From NCBI GenBank assembly GCA_043228905.1, contig JBHGNT010000006.1, positions 10,044,001 through 10,108,000 of the forward strand: a DNA stretch of 64,000 bases, in the 5' to 3' direction. A program made the translations under genes and the position numbers. Below the pieces are notes generated by a model, which saw nothing but the letters and a program-made list of their open reading frames with translations, was not told the DNA's origin and searched no databases. Position 1 is the stretch's first letter; the number at the start of each line of letters is the position of its first letter. This stretch comes from Azolla caroliniana (lineage: Eukaryota; Plantae; Polypodiophyta). Positions 25,349 to 37,700 of the stretch are shown piece by piece.

Positions 25349-28064
25349 ATGGACTGCCAAACGTTGTTTGAAGCCGCCAAGAAATGCCTACCGCAACACG
25401 GACTAGAGGGTTTCTTAACAATCATGGAGGCGGCGCCACACAAGGAGGCCGAAAAGATCATCAAAGAAATCGACACAGAGGTGATCACGGAGGAGGCGAT
25501 CCGTGCGTTAATAGGCCTTCCGCAGGGAGGCATCTACACGATCGACAATCCTACCTCCGAGCAACTCATCAAATATTTCAGTGAGTACTCTCTAGCCAGC
25601 AAGGGCTACAGGACATAGGGCGGCGAAGTTATGCTATTCCGCGAAATTGCCCGTGTGCTCCATGAGTTCGGCCACGTGTACCCTCGACCCCCCGTCATGC
25701 CTCAGAACCGAGCAAGCTTGATCATCGCAACGTACAAAGGGGTCAAGGTAGATTGGTCGGTGCTGATCGCCGACGAGTTGTGTACGGCCATTGATATAGT
25801 AAGAGGAAAGGACGGCAAGGAAGGCCAGAAAATATGGCATGCGGTGACACAATGGCTCACCCTGTTGGCGCCACCGGTCGAGCCCGTCCAAACCAAGAAG
25901 CGGGGAAGAGCAACGGACGGCACCCCGAAACCTGCTTCGAAACGGCAACAATTGTTGGCCTCCAAGGCCACTAAGGGGCAGACGGCCGACGCAAAGAAGA
26001 CGACACAGGAACGCGCCAACCGGAAGTGGCCGACAGATGCAAGTGAGGAGACACCGGCACGGCCCCTGAAGAGCCCACTCCACCGACCGGTGCAACAGGA
26101 AACGGACACCCTGGCGACAAGAATGAATGCCGGGACTCAGGTGGAAGAAATGGAGGAAGAACCCACGGAGCACCTCCAGCGGCGGCTGGTGAAGAGCACC
26201 GTTGAATCAGCTGGGAAGCGTTCAGACCCACAGAAGGATGGAACGCCCGCAACTACGCTGAGCAACCCACGCCAAGGGAGGCACCGGAACCGGTTCGGAT
26301 GGAACCGGTCACAGAAGGCCAACCGCCCCAACCGGCCAAGAACAAGCAGACAAGGGGTGGCGAGCCGAAACACACTCAGAGCTGGAACGGCAAAGTGGTC
26401 AGCTGGCAGAACTAGAAGCGCAATTGGACGCAGTAAGGCGGGACCAGCCACCGGTGAGTAAACCCATCAGCAAACTCTCCGTGCAAGCGCAACAATAGTG
26501 CACCGGCAGCCAATGGCTCCGGTGGGTAGGAGAACAAATTGCCGGAGTAGTCAGATGCATAGAGGCAGAGGAAAGAGCGCAAACGGAACGGTTGCTCGTT
26601 ACAACCGATGAACTGGAGACGGCTAGGTCAAGGATCCGGTGCCTCGAACAAGACTTGGATCGGATCACAGGAGATATGGCCAAAATGGCCTTAACCGCAA
26701 CATAGATCCAAGCACCGGTGACTCCGGTTGATGTACAGAGGAATAAGACCTCGGAGACACAAACTATCCCGGAGAAGGATGCGGCGCAAGCCCACGAGCT
26801 TGCGGAATTACGAGATGAGCTCGCCACACAAGAAGCATTACGGAGCCGAACGCGACTTGAAGAAGGAGGCCGAAGAAGAATTAAAAAAGACTGTTGAGAA
26901 CCTTCGTCGGGCAGAGGAAAACCTGCGTAAAGGACATCATGCTTACGACCGGCTGAAGGAGGAAAAAGAGAAAGTGTTGCAGGAAAAAGACAAGCTGCGA
27001 CGGATGGCGGAGACGGAAATAGAGAGGCTGAAGGAAGAGCTCCGTCAATAGAAGGACCGGCAGGACCGCGCGCGCCTGCAGATCAACCAGAGGCTGAAGT
27101 AGAAGACTGATGATTTCGATCATCTGAATCGGGACTACAAGCAGCTGGAGACGGAGTATAAGCAACAGCAAGAACGGATGGCCGAGCTCCGGCAAGAAGT
27201 TGATAGGGCCACAACGGCACTCGCCGAAGAACGAGCGGAAAGTTCCAGGCTATTGGAGGAAGCGACGAATGACCGGATGGAGCTCCACAAACAGAACCAT
27301 GAAGACAAGGAAAGAGCGATAATGGTACTACAGAGGTTGCAAACAACCTATCAAAATCAATTGTCGCATTATAGGGAGCAGGAGGCAGACACGGTTCGGA
27401 TCATCAAGAAATTGAAGGAAGAGCGACAAGCCGCAGAAAATAAATCATATATGGGAGCCGAATGGATCCAGTGCATCCTCCGGTCATGGCTCACTAGACC
27501 AAAAGCTTGATTGATGACAGCTCTGTGCGTTGGTGGGCGAAATGGGCGCAGAATACGGCGGAACTCCAATTGCTTAGGGCTGACGTGGAAAACCGGCGAA
27601 AGGAGGGCGACGATTGTTATACGCTGACGTCAGAGGACTTCACCACCATAGGGGATGAGCTGGCCGAAGATTTCACAGCCCTGGCGGATGAACAACTGGT
27701 ACAAGTCCGGCAACTCGTAGCTCAACTGGACGACGATCGGCTGGAGGCTCAAATCCAGTTCGAAAGCTATGAGCGGTCCCGGCTCCAGGAAGAAAAAGCG
27801 CGAAAGGCGGCAACGGTCAACCTTAGTGATGAGGAACCGTCGTCGGTGCAAGGACCGAAGGGGGACCAGGCCGGGGTCAGTCAGCCACAGACAACTCCGA
27901 CAGAGGAACCAACGAAGGAAACGCCGGTGCCAGAGCGACAAATGGAGCCACAGCCACAGCCACAAACGGAACAACAACAACAACCACAGCAACAACAATA
28001 GATTCCCGACGAGCCATTGGAAATTTTGGAGCAAAGCATTCTGGACATTTTGGACGAAGCGTAA
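25349..28064 (+). pseudogene. Extra (env-position) ORF of Gypsy C: N-terminal globular domain, low-complexity linker, long coiled-coil region, Q/P-rich acidic tail
   Basis: Collinear ORF pieces 25070-25618, 25631-26461, 26728-27051, 27178-27510 and 27507-28001 are separated by single TAG stops or frameshifts; heptad-like E/K/R/L-rich segments. It lies between the integrase and the 3' LTR. Confidence 0.75.
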
Positions 28065-28118
28065 AAGGGCCGGATAATGGGTTCGACGTACAAGGTACTG
28101 TCCCACGGGCGTGCCATG

Positions 28119-28570
28119 TGTTACCGACTGGCAAGAAGGCTTAAGGAGGTCCAAATCAGAGTGTGAAAAGGAATAGTTATTCGGGAACTGTTGTAATTAG
28201 TAATCTTATTAATATATGAGAAGATGTGGACAGACGGACCGGAATCGGTATGCCGATCCGGATCCAGACCGATCCCGTAAAGGTGCTGGTTGGCACCGTT
28301 TTGTATTTCGCACCAGAGACCTATATAAAGGCCCGGTTATAATGTAATCAGAAGCGGATAATTAATAGAGCTTATTGTCTTAATCTTCCAGTGTTGATTA
28401 CCGTTCTGTATTCATTGTTATATCTTACGCGTGTTAATTACGGATTGCTAAGTAGCCAATTAAGGTCTAATTAAACGTTGTGTCGTAAGTCATTATGTCG
28501 TACGACCCTTTGGTGAAGTGTCTTAAGTGGACACCCTGTGTTAGGCTGTTGTCCGGCCCTCGGATTAACA
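28119..28570 (+). repeat. 3' LTR of Gypsy C
   Basis: Same length (452 bp) and termini as 17772-18223. Confidence 0.93.
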
Positions 28571-29599
28571 TGAAGAAGTTTGACAAAGGAGATTGACTTA
28601 TTCTGATGTTAAACATGGACGACATATTGATTGTCGGGCGGGACCATGTGAAAATCCGAACACTAAAGAAGGCCTTGGGCAGGTCGTTCTCGATGAAAGA
28701 CATGGGTCCGGCAAAACAAATCTTGGGGATACACATTGTTCAGGATCGGACAAAGAAGTTGTTATGGCTGTCATAGGAAAAATACGTGACAAAGGTACTC
28801 CAAAGGTTTGGCATGGAAAGTGCAAAATCGGTTGGTTCGACAATCCTTACAAACAACAAGTTATCGTTGATACAATGTCCGAAGACAAAGATAGAGAAAG
28901 CTGAGATGATGAAGGTGCTTTATGCCTCAACACTCAGAAGCATGATGTATGCAATGGTATGTACCAGTCTTGATATCAGATATGTTGTCGGAGTCGTCAA
29001 CTGATATTATTGAGTAACCCCGGAAGAGAACATTGGGTAGCAGTCAAGTGGATACACAGGTACCTGAGAGACACCTCGAGTATGTGTCTTTGATTCGGCT
29101 CAGGTAACCTCGTGTTAGAAGGCTTTACCGATTCAGACAGGTCTGCTGATGTAGATACCAATCGGTCCACATCCGGGAATGTGATAACTTGTGCAGGGGG
29201 AGCCATCTCGTGGTAGTTGAGGTTGCAAAAGTTCGTGGCATAATCGACCACGGAAGTTGAGTACATGGTAGCTATCGAAGCTAGCAAGGAAATGATATGG
29301 ATGAAGGAGTTTGTCAGAGTGCTGGGAATTTGACAAGGTGAATTCCGTCTCTACTACGACAACCAAAGTGTCATCCACCTTGCGAAAAATGCGGCCTACC
29401 ACTCAAGGACCAAGCATATTCAAAGGAGATATCATTGGCTCTAAGAGCAAGTAGAAGAAGGGGAGTTTGCTCTAACAAAGATCCACACATCGGAGAACGG
29501 ATCTGACATGTTGACAAAGGTGTTGTCGGCAAAAAGGCTAGAAGCATGTCAGAGTCGGGTCGGATTGGTGAAGCCTCATCCGAAGTGAAGGGGGGAGTT

Positions 29600-30249
29600 T
29601 GTTGAGAATTAGGTTCCTCCGGATGGGCTGAACACTGGATAGAGGAATTTGAGAAGTGTGCGCCGGATCGGGTGGTACAGATCCTTGAACCGAATGGAGT
29701 CCGGATAAGTATCCAGAAAGGTCAAACATGGAAATAAGTTTTTTGTCAAGCCTATTTAGGCCAGTTATGTAAATAGCCCGAAAGTTATCTAAGTATAAAT
29801 ATAACTAGGGCAAACTGGTTGTTGTTTCATCTTGTTCATCTTGTATAGCGTGTGTGGGTTGTCTATGCAACTGTGTACAATGTGTGCGAGGTCGTTGCCT
29901 CTTCAGCAGAATAGACAAAACGAGAGAGAGAGAGAGAGAGAGAGAGAGTGAGTGAGTGAGTGAGTGAGTGAGTGAGTGAGTGAATGAGGGTTATCAAGAG
30001 GGTCTCTATTGTAACCGCTTGTTGGTGAAAAGTACGAACTCGGGTCGGTGCATGTGTGTTTGTCTTGTTGTATATTTCCTCTCATCGTGGATTGGTTTGG
30101 TGTCTGTGGGCACCCATGGTTTTTACCCGGTTAGGGGTTTTCCACAATATATCTTGTGCACATTTATTTTTTGTTTCTCTCTGTTTTGCTTGTGTTACCC
30201 TATTCCGCATTTGAACTCGGTTGTGGCCAAGATCCCATTTTTCATATCA
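29600..30249 (+). repeat. 3' LTR of Copia A
   Basis: Preceded by the PPT and followed by TSD TTGGG. It has a longer (GA)n(GTGA)n tract than the 5' LTR and many substitutions. Confidence 0.93.
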
Positions 30250-31461
30250 TTGGGAAGGCCCAAAACACGGCATGCCCACTTAGCGATCATACGGCATAGG
30301 AGGTAGACATCATCATGACCATACCAGTGCTTAGAGCCTTCTCAAATCGGATTTATAAGAACACACATTTGAGGATGAATGTACACACTTGAAAGTTGAA
30401 AACTAAAAGGTCGTCAACTCCAGCCAAATTGACAATGTCGGTAATGTATAATATGCAATACAAAAAAAAAATGTATCTATTAGTAGCCGGAATACTAGGA
30501 TCTAAACCCTTACTTGATGGAGTCACATCACCATCTAATGTTTCTATTGCCTCACAATGGGCCTATTGGCTCATGTGGTCCACACTTTCTAAAGCCTTTT
30601 CCTTTGCCCCCTTCATTAGGTTGTATGCCTCCCATCTTTCTTGAATAGTTTGTTTTGATACTCCTTTGTACAAAAACTCTCTCAATTCTGCTTCTTTGAT
30701 TCTAATGCATCTCAATCTCTTGTTTATACTTGTCTCAATCTCTTGTTTATACTTGTCTCTCTCCCATTCTTTTACGAACTCTCCTCATTCATAACCAAAC
30801 TCTATGAGAACGTGGAAAATAGCAAAATGCAATGTCAACCAAGACACGAGATGAAGAGAAAAAATGGAAACTTCGAAAAAAAAGTGTGAGTTTCAAGGAT
30901 AGCGCAAACCATCAGAACTAACCTAAAATGTTCATATTGTGTCAAACCCGGTCATATTGAGATAGATTTTCTAGCTTGGATCTTTCACTTTTAGCTCTAT
31001 TGCCAGGTCTTTCCTTTTCATATCTAAATTGTGTGTGTGTGTGAGCATGCGCGTATTTACATGCATGTGTATCTATCAAGATCTCTTGAGGTAGGTGTTA
31101 GTAGGGTGGAGTGTGTAAGAATCTAACCAAAACGCATGTTCAAATTTTTTCATGTTCAAACTTTTTTATCTCGATTCTACTCAATAGATTGCATGAGGTC
31201 AACCATTGGCTCGTAAGGCAATCGTGATAGGATCTTTGGTTGTGGTTTGGGATGCACTTGAAATATGTTAATTTGGGTCAATTTGTTCAATTTCTTCTTT
31301 GTAAGTGATCACTTGGCGATTACTACAATGATAAATCATTAAGGGACATCGACGATGGTGAAAAAGATGAACATGGGAAATTTTTAACTTCATCAATTAT
31401 TACAGTGACACATCTTCAGAATGCAAGGACAAGAATGATTTATCTCAACAATAAATTGTTG

Positions 31462-31511
<50 letters not shown>

Positions 31512-31599
31512 ACGTCTTCAAGGGTCTTGTTCTAATTTTTACAATATTAAGGGTTGCATCAAAATTGGAATATGTGTAATCCTGTCATGAAATGGGGTG

Positions 31600-32170
31600 A
31601 AATCCTTTGTTAAGAAGTTTTGGATGTTGGAGCATATGGGGAGATCGTTTCCTCAAATGCATATTCAATTTTTCCAATGATATAAAAAGTTGGTATAATG
31701 GTTTTTACACACAATTGTTGTACCTTTGTCCCTACGTGAATTACAATGCAAGCCCTACTCAACCTTGGGCACACATTGTACAATTTGTAGTCATGTCTCA
31801 TTTTACCCTCGCTCGCATTTTAGCACTAATATCTTCCTTATGTTCACATTGCATGGACGATGCACTAGGGAGTGGCCCATGGGCAAACAAACTAGAGATA
31901 CCAATACGTGACAAGTGTAGGGATATAACGCATGATAGCCACACGACTCGCAACCATAAAGACATTTGTTCACATGTTCATGTTGATCGAGTCAAGTATA
32001 GCAAAGTATTCCACCATTCAACCTCTTCAATAATCAAGGAAAAACATCATGTTTGTTTCCCACCTTACATTATACCCTATGTAGGCTTTTGTAAATCACC
32101 ACTCAAGGAATGCTTCTTGATAATTAACATTCATCTCTTTGACCAAAACCTACAATGGTTTCTTATGTAG
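31600..32170 (-). pseudogene. Very degenerate non-LTR reverse-transcriptase fragment (RTE-like)
   Basis: Minus-strand remnants resemble KLY, CAQGxxG and (DFxK)AFxTI in the expected order; many frameshifts. Confidence 0.35.
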
Positions 32171-32573
32171 TTTAACAAAAGAGAAAATTCTGATTTTTTA
32201 CGAAAGAATATTCTTTATGGATAAATGAGAACTTCATATGGTCCTGTTTGGAAGTAGATGGGGTAGGGGGTTGCAATAGTATGCCTCATATTATTGTCTA
32301 GTATTATTTCATTGTACTTTTACATATTTTATATTGCCAATAGTTTACAAAGATGTACTCCACATGCTTAAAATTACACTAAAATATGTTGGTAGTAATT
32401 AATATGTGAAGTGGTCACATTTTGATAGTATGTATTAATGTTATCCAATTGCGTCTGATGTTTTGAGAACAATTGGTCATTTAATGTTTCAAGAATGATA
32501 ATTACTCAAATATGATTTCAATGGATATCCTTGAACATATAATAATGCTTATATTAAGCATACAAGTTTTGAA

Positions 32574-32784
32574 TGTCTGGGGGCCTTAGATCTAGCTACC
32601 CTCATTGGATACATTATTGACTACATCGAGACTCTGATCTTGTGCTGATCAACTCATGTAGCGAGCACGCTAGTACAAGGTACGGTTCGATGCCACGTCG
32701 GTGGTATAGGACGCCGATCGAACCGGGGGTGGTCGGGTAGATTGGCACCCTATCTCATGCTTACATTAGGATTAAGCTCTAACA
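32574..32784 (+). mobile_element. Truncated, diverged LTR remnant of the chromovirus G family
   Basis: CTAGCTACCCTCATTGGAT...GACTACATCGAGACTCTG...GGTGGTAT(A/G)GGACGCCGATCGA...GGGGGTGGTCGGGT...GCTTACATTAG aligns with the reverse complement of LTR 55349-55809; it ends in TAACA. Confidence 0.85.
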
Positions 32785-33238
32785 CACGGGTTGATTGATT
32801 ATTAAACAAATCAATCTACAAAGTAAAGTTTGTCCAACATCCCTAAAGAAATGAGGATTTCATGCAAGAGTAGAGAGTACTTAACCTACCAAGCACAATC
32901 CTATCTATTATCACATTGTTTGAGAAAGGATAAAATAACCTGTGTTATTCATGTAGTCATTTGGTGTGTGGGACTGAAATATATTACTTAAAAGGGGCTC
33001 AAAAGAGGACATTTAAATGCAATTCTACCTCATAGTCCTCTAAAAAAGGTTCAATGAAAGTAAGGACAACAGGATTGCTAAAGGTTAGTACAATAGAAAA
33101 GGTGTTGGATAATTATTGGAATAGTAGATGCCCCATGCTAAGAATCCAACCATTTATAACAAGTAACATAATGTCTTTTGATAATTGGGATGCTGCATTG
33201 CTGTGTATATTTATTTACTTTATTCATCCTTACAACAT

Positions 33239-33281
<43 letters not shown>

Positions 33282-34745
33282 CATCCCTTTCTCTGGTGTC
33301 CACGTGTCCTAGTACATTTAAATGTTTCACCTTGGTTCCATAGATCATATTTATTTATTACATCTCTCTGTCTCTCTCTCACTCATGTTCACCTTTTTTA
33401 ATATTGAGCATGTGACGAATAGTACCTCTACATGAGGACATTGTGCATGATTTGCAAGAATTCCTACTAACTTCCAAACACTCCTAACGAGGGTGGAACC
33501 ACCCAATAGAAATAATGATGACCATGGTTCATCCCCATCACCAAAATCAGACAAGAGCTTAGTCATTAATTTCAGCTTTTTTGGTGTTATGGCATAGCAG
33601 TTATTATTATGAATAGCCATATTACGTGAACATAACACAATTATTACAGCCATGTTGCATGCATATAGGCACCTGTTCTAGGTGCAACTAGTTTCTCTCT
33701 ATTTTTCCAAACATTCTACATAAAATTTACATGAACACATAACTAACAAATTGTAACATTTTTTCACCTACCTATCTGGATGCATGTAATGAGTGTGTTG
33801 CAAATTGCAATCATTCTCATGTATTGTAATGTAATGATATATGCTGCAAGTGCAAACCACCATTTTGGGCTCCCCTTATTATCTATCAATAAAACCCCTA
33901 TTAAGCCAAATCACACCGACTTTGGTGATGGTTAAAAAAATCCAGCTTTCTGTGGCCCACATTGGATAACAACCCCCCCAATTGTATAAGGTGTTATCTC
34001 ACAGATGTCAGGAGGGAAACAAGTATATTTTTGTTCATTTTGAACATACAAAATCTATTGTAAATCGAAAATTTAACACATGAAAGCAAATTTATACAAA
34101 GCTTTTCTAGCTTTTGAATGATTTCTTTGTTAATATTGCCAATAAGAATACTAATAGCAATAAGAATCGACCTCAAAATACTAATGGTTCCAGCACCATC
34201 TATAATTAAAGATGGAGAAATTTGTTGCTGCTCCACTGGCATATCACTCACAAAGGAGATTTAACCCATCTGATATAAGCACTGAATTCAATGTTTGCAA
34301 CACAATTGAAATTTGGAAATCAGAGACGCTTGCTTCAACAGAAGGATTGAAACAATGCAGTAAGGGATAAACCAATTAAAAGTAAAGAAGAGACTCAATA
34401 ATTTGATCATTAGAAATATTTAATTAGAATGCTCAAGACACTCTTCTTCACCGTAAAGGAGAATATCAGGCTCTCTCATATCAAAATCCATCCAAAAGGT
34501 ACAAGCATTCTGTAATTAGAAGCTCAATATTCCATTTTATTTGATAATCAAATCAAGTTTGGTATCTTCTATATATGCCCTAGGATATAACTACCTTATA
34601 CCTACTCCATTTTGTGATGAAGATATGAATCTATCCAAAAAGGTGTGCCACTTCAGACCGGTTTGAATATTGCAATCAAAGCACATATGCATGCATCAGC
34701 ATATGCACCACACACATCCAACTACTATATGCATACACCAGCACA

Positions 34746-37700
34746 TTACCCATTCAGCCTGAAGCCAAAATCATTCGCTCCAGCCTTCTTGAGATAATCG
34801 AAATGTGCTGCCAAAGCAGCCCAAAACTGGAAAAAGCAAATGCCAAAATTAAACTAATTTTACCACCAGTTATTGTAATTCAAGTTTCAAACATTCACGA
34901 AATATAAGAGCGCAAGTCAGTCCATACTGATGGAAAGCATTTGTAAGGAACATTGAATTCCTTGCAGGTCATCTTCACAATAGGACATATATCTGGATAA
35001 TAGACATGACAAATTCCAGGGAATAGGTGGTGTTCAATCTGTGCATAGGAAGAAAGCAAATGATTCAATCACCAGACATAAAGTATCATAAAATGTGTGG
35101 TAAATATAAAGAAACGCAATATACTTGCCTGATGGTTCAGACCTCCTGTTATGTGCGTCCAGAAAGAAGAATTTGGACTGAAATTAGCAGTGCTCCTCAC
35201 CTGGAAAGTGCCAACAAGTGGTTTGGAAGAATTTAGTAACCAAAAGAAGCCTTATTCAGGCAATCCAACACAAATGGAATGAATTCCCCTCACAGCATTA
35301 AAATCTCATATATCAAAAGTTACCTGTGAAGCTGCCCATCCTAGAGGAAGTGTTGGAAATCCCTTAGTTGAATCAACCACGGGAAAATTGGCATCTTCAA
35401 CCACATGAGCAACTTGGAACAAAAAGGCCAAAAACCATCCAAAGACAATCTGGACGGGATATCACAAGGAGTTAGGAACTAGAACCTCTATTTATATAAT
35501 CAGGAGAAACATTTCATGATTCTATGTGAAGAAGGAAGCCAAAAATGGAAATAAATATACCTGCATAACAAAATATAATGAAATCATAGACCAAATACTG
35601 TGATGGCTGAAGATAGCAGGGATAGCAAACATGTAAATTGCATATGCCACCTTAGAGCCCCAAAATATTGAAAATTCCAATGATGTCATTTTCGGAATCG
35701 TCATGCTATATAAAGTATATACATAGATCAACAGCTCAACAGAAGTTCCAAGTAACTTAATTTCTAAATTGACATAAACTTCTGTATAAAGATGGCTCAA
35801 ATGGTTACTTACTGGTCAATTGACCCTGTGACATAAGAGACGAAGTCGTCATATAAGACACTCTTGAGAGCAAGAATGCTATAGAGCCAAGGCAAATAAA
35901 TGTGCTGCCATCCAGCATCAAAATAATCAGAATAACGATCCAAAATTCAGTGGAATATATTCAAGAATATCTAAAGCTCAACCTGATAATTATGATAGCT
36001 ATTTCTAGGTTGTTCCTTTGTTAACCGCCAGACATTAGGCTTCAATATTCCTGTTTTTAAACATTTTATCAGCCCCCCAAAATGAGATATGGAACTACAA
36101 AAGCAGAAGGCCAATCCTTAGGAGTCTCATCAGCTCACTTATATCTGGATCATAACCATTCACATTTGTAAACGAATGATGGCCTACGACATGTTGCTGT
36201 CTCCACATGAAGCTGTAAACAGATGAATCAAAAATGTGATCAATTGCCTACGAAATTTAACACAGTTCCACCTAAAAATGTCTAACTAACAGCTGGCTTA
36301 CCTGCTAACTCCAACCATATCTATGCTCACACTCATAATATACCCCAGCCATTTCCATTTTGTATATGACCCTGTGCATAAAACAACCAGAACCTGGATA
36401 TAATCAATCCCAAAGAAGGATGTGAAAAAAATATTTCAAGGACAATATTGCAATAAAAGCATACAATTAGCATGTTAAGGTATACCATGATTTGCATCAT
36501 GCTGAATGGAGGCACCGACTTGTGCAGCCATCAAGCCTGCACCTACTGCAAACAGCATTGATAGACCAACACTCCGAAATCCAAAAAATGTCATATAGTA
36601 GAAGAGTATGTAGCTAAAAATTATGATGAATGATTTGATGAGCATGTGGGGGTGCATCCTTGGATTGACCTGCAATAAAGTGATCAAATATTCTTGGATA
36701 ATGCATCATATTTCAAGATACCATACCAACTAATGTTTTTCTCGACAATTAAATGAGAACATTATTGAGATCTCCAATACATCCTAGCAAACTTTCGGGT
36801 AACCTCTCTTTTTATCTTTAATGGTAGTGGGTCCTACCCGAAGACGCTCAATTCAAACAGGATATTACCACATGGCTGTTAACATCTTAGGATATCTCAA
36901 TACTAATTAAATCTCAAATATATCCTAACGTTAATCTCAATACTACTTAAATCCTAATAGATCCTATAGATATACCAAGTCGCCGGATGGCTTTCATGAC
37001 TTCAGCTACAGCCTGTACCCTACAACACGTTCAATCAGCTTAGATCTTGGCTTTCTTGAGTTCTCCTGATCGTAGATAAATCACACTACTGTCAAGCTAG
37101 AAGTTACTGTGCGCATGCTGAAAAGCCCTTAAATCTTATTATTTTCAAGAAGATCCGAACCTAAATAATAGATTATTACAGATGATTATAACATATTATG
37201 AACACCAGGAATATATCTGTCACATAAAAGACCTTCCGTTTGTTGAAATAGCTCTCCACACGTTGCTTCAGAGTGATATAAAAGTCTTCCTTTCCAGTTG
37301 AATCGTATTCAAGAGATGTAAAATCTTTATACTCTATTCCAGGTGTAATCTCCAGCTCTCCAATGTAAAATCGTGCCAGCATCATCCTAGAATATGAGGA
37401 AATCTATTGTAAATCTGAATATTATCAAGTCGTTACATTGTCTGGATGTACTCCCAGTGCTACTATCGTAGATGTGTTTCAGTAAAAAGCAGCCACTAGA
37501 GCAACTGAAAAAGATATCTGGGTATACAATTGGTTACCTTACACAAAGTGGATGATAGGAATCAAATAGCTGTGTACAGTCTCTTCCAGCATTTACGTAG
37601 ATTAGATTCCCTCCCGGATGATAAGGTATCCTGAAAACAAGCCATAGATGTTACACATGATGTTAAACCTCTTCAATGCTAATGCAGAAACAAAAGGAAA

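Larger units (their letters stand above)
17772..28570 (+). mobile_element. Ty3/gypsy LTR retrotransposon C (non-chromovirus, Athila-like) with an extra downstream ORF, nested in the RT of A
   Basis: 452-bp LTRs 17772-18223 and 28119-28570 (TGTTACC...TTAACA); TSD TAAAG/TGAAG with one mismatch. Removing the element rejoins Copia RT DHCVFVK-KFDKGD. Order gag-PR-RT-RH-INT-extra ORF; no chromodomain and no second RNase H seen. Confidence 0.93.
10589..29588 (+). pseudogene. Copia A gag-pol in three pieces (10589-11423, 15609-17771, 28571-29588) with stops and frameshifts
   Basis: Gag MFKLTGSNYSVW...LLLLGSLPDS and zinc knuckle CFYCGKPGHFQKNC; integrase LELVHTDV...NGLAERMN; RT YKARIVVKGFQQKKGVDF...FLHGDLEEEIYM; RNase H YYDNQSVIHLAKNAAYHSRTKHI. 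Confidence 0.9.
9933..30249 (+). mobile_element. Ty1/copia LTR retrotransposon A (Tnt1/Tork-like, degenerate), interrupted by elements B and C
   Basis: LTRs 9933-10541 and 29600-30249 (TGTTGAG...TATCA); TSD TTGGG at 9928-9932 and 30250-30254; PBS TGGTATCAGAG at 10545; PPT GAAGGGGGGAG at 29587-29597; gag-PR-INT-RT-RH order. Confidence 0.95.

Noticed and set aside
28040-28116. A tRNA gene or tRNA-derived SINE
   Set aside because: Only the T-arm and 3' acceptor strand are represented; there is no full cloverleaf, A-box context or SINE tail/TSD. It is reported as a priming-site candidate instead.
18304-28154. Many minus-strand ORFs over Gypsy C (and opposite-strand ORFs over B, F and G)
   Set aside because: Antisense shadows of GC-rich coding sequence with no independent domain signal.
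36878-37028. TGTTAACA...ACAACA segment in desaturase intron 3 as a solo LTR
   Set aside because: No matching TSD and no second copy in the window.
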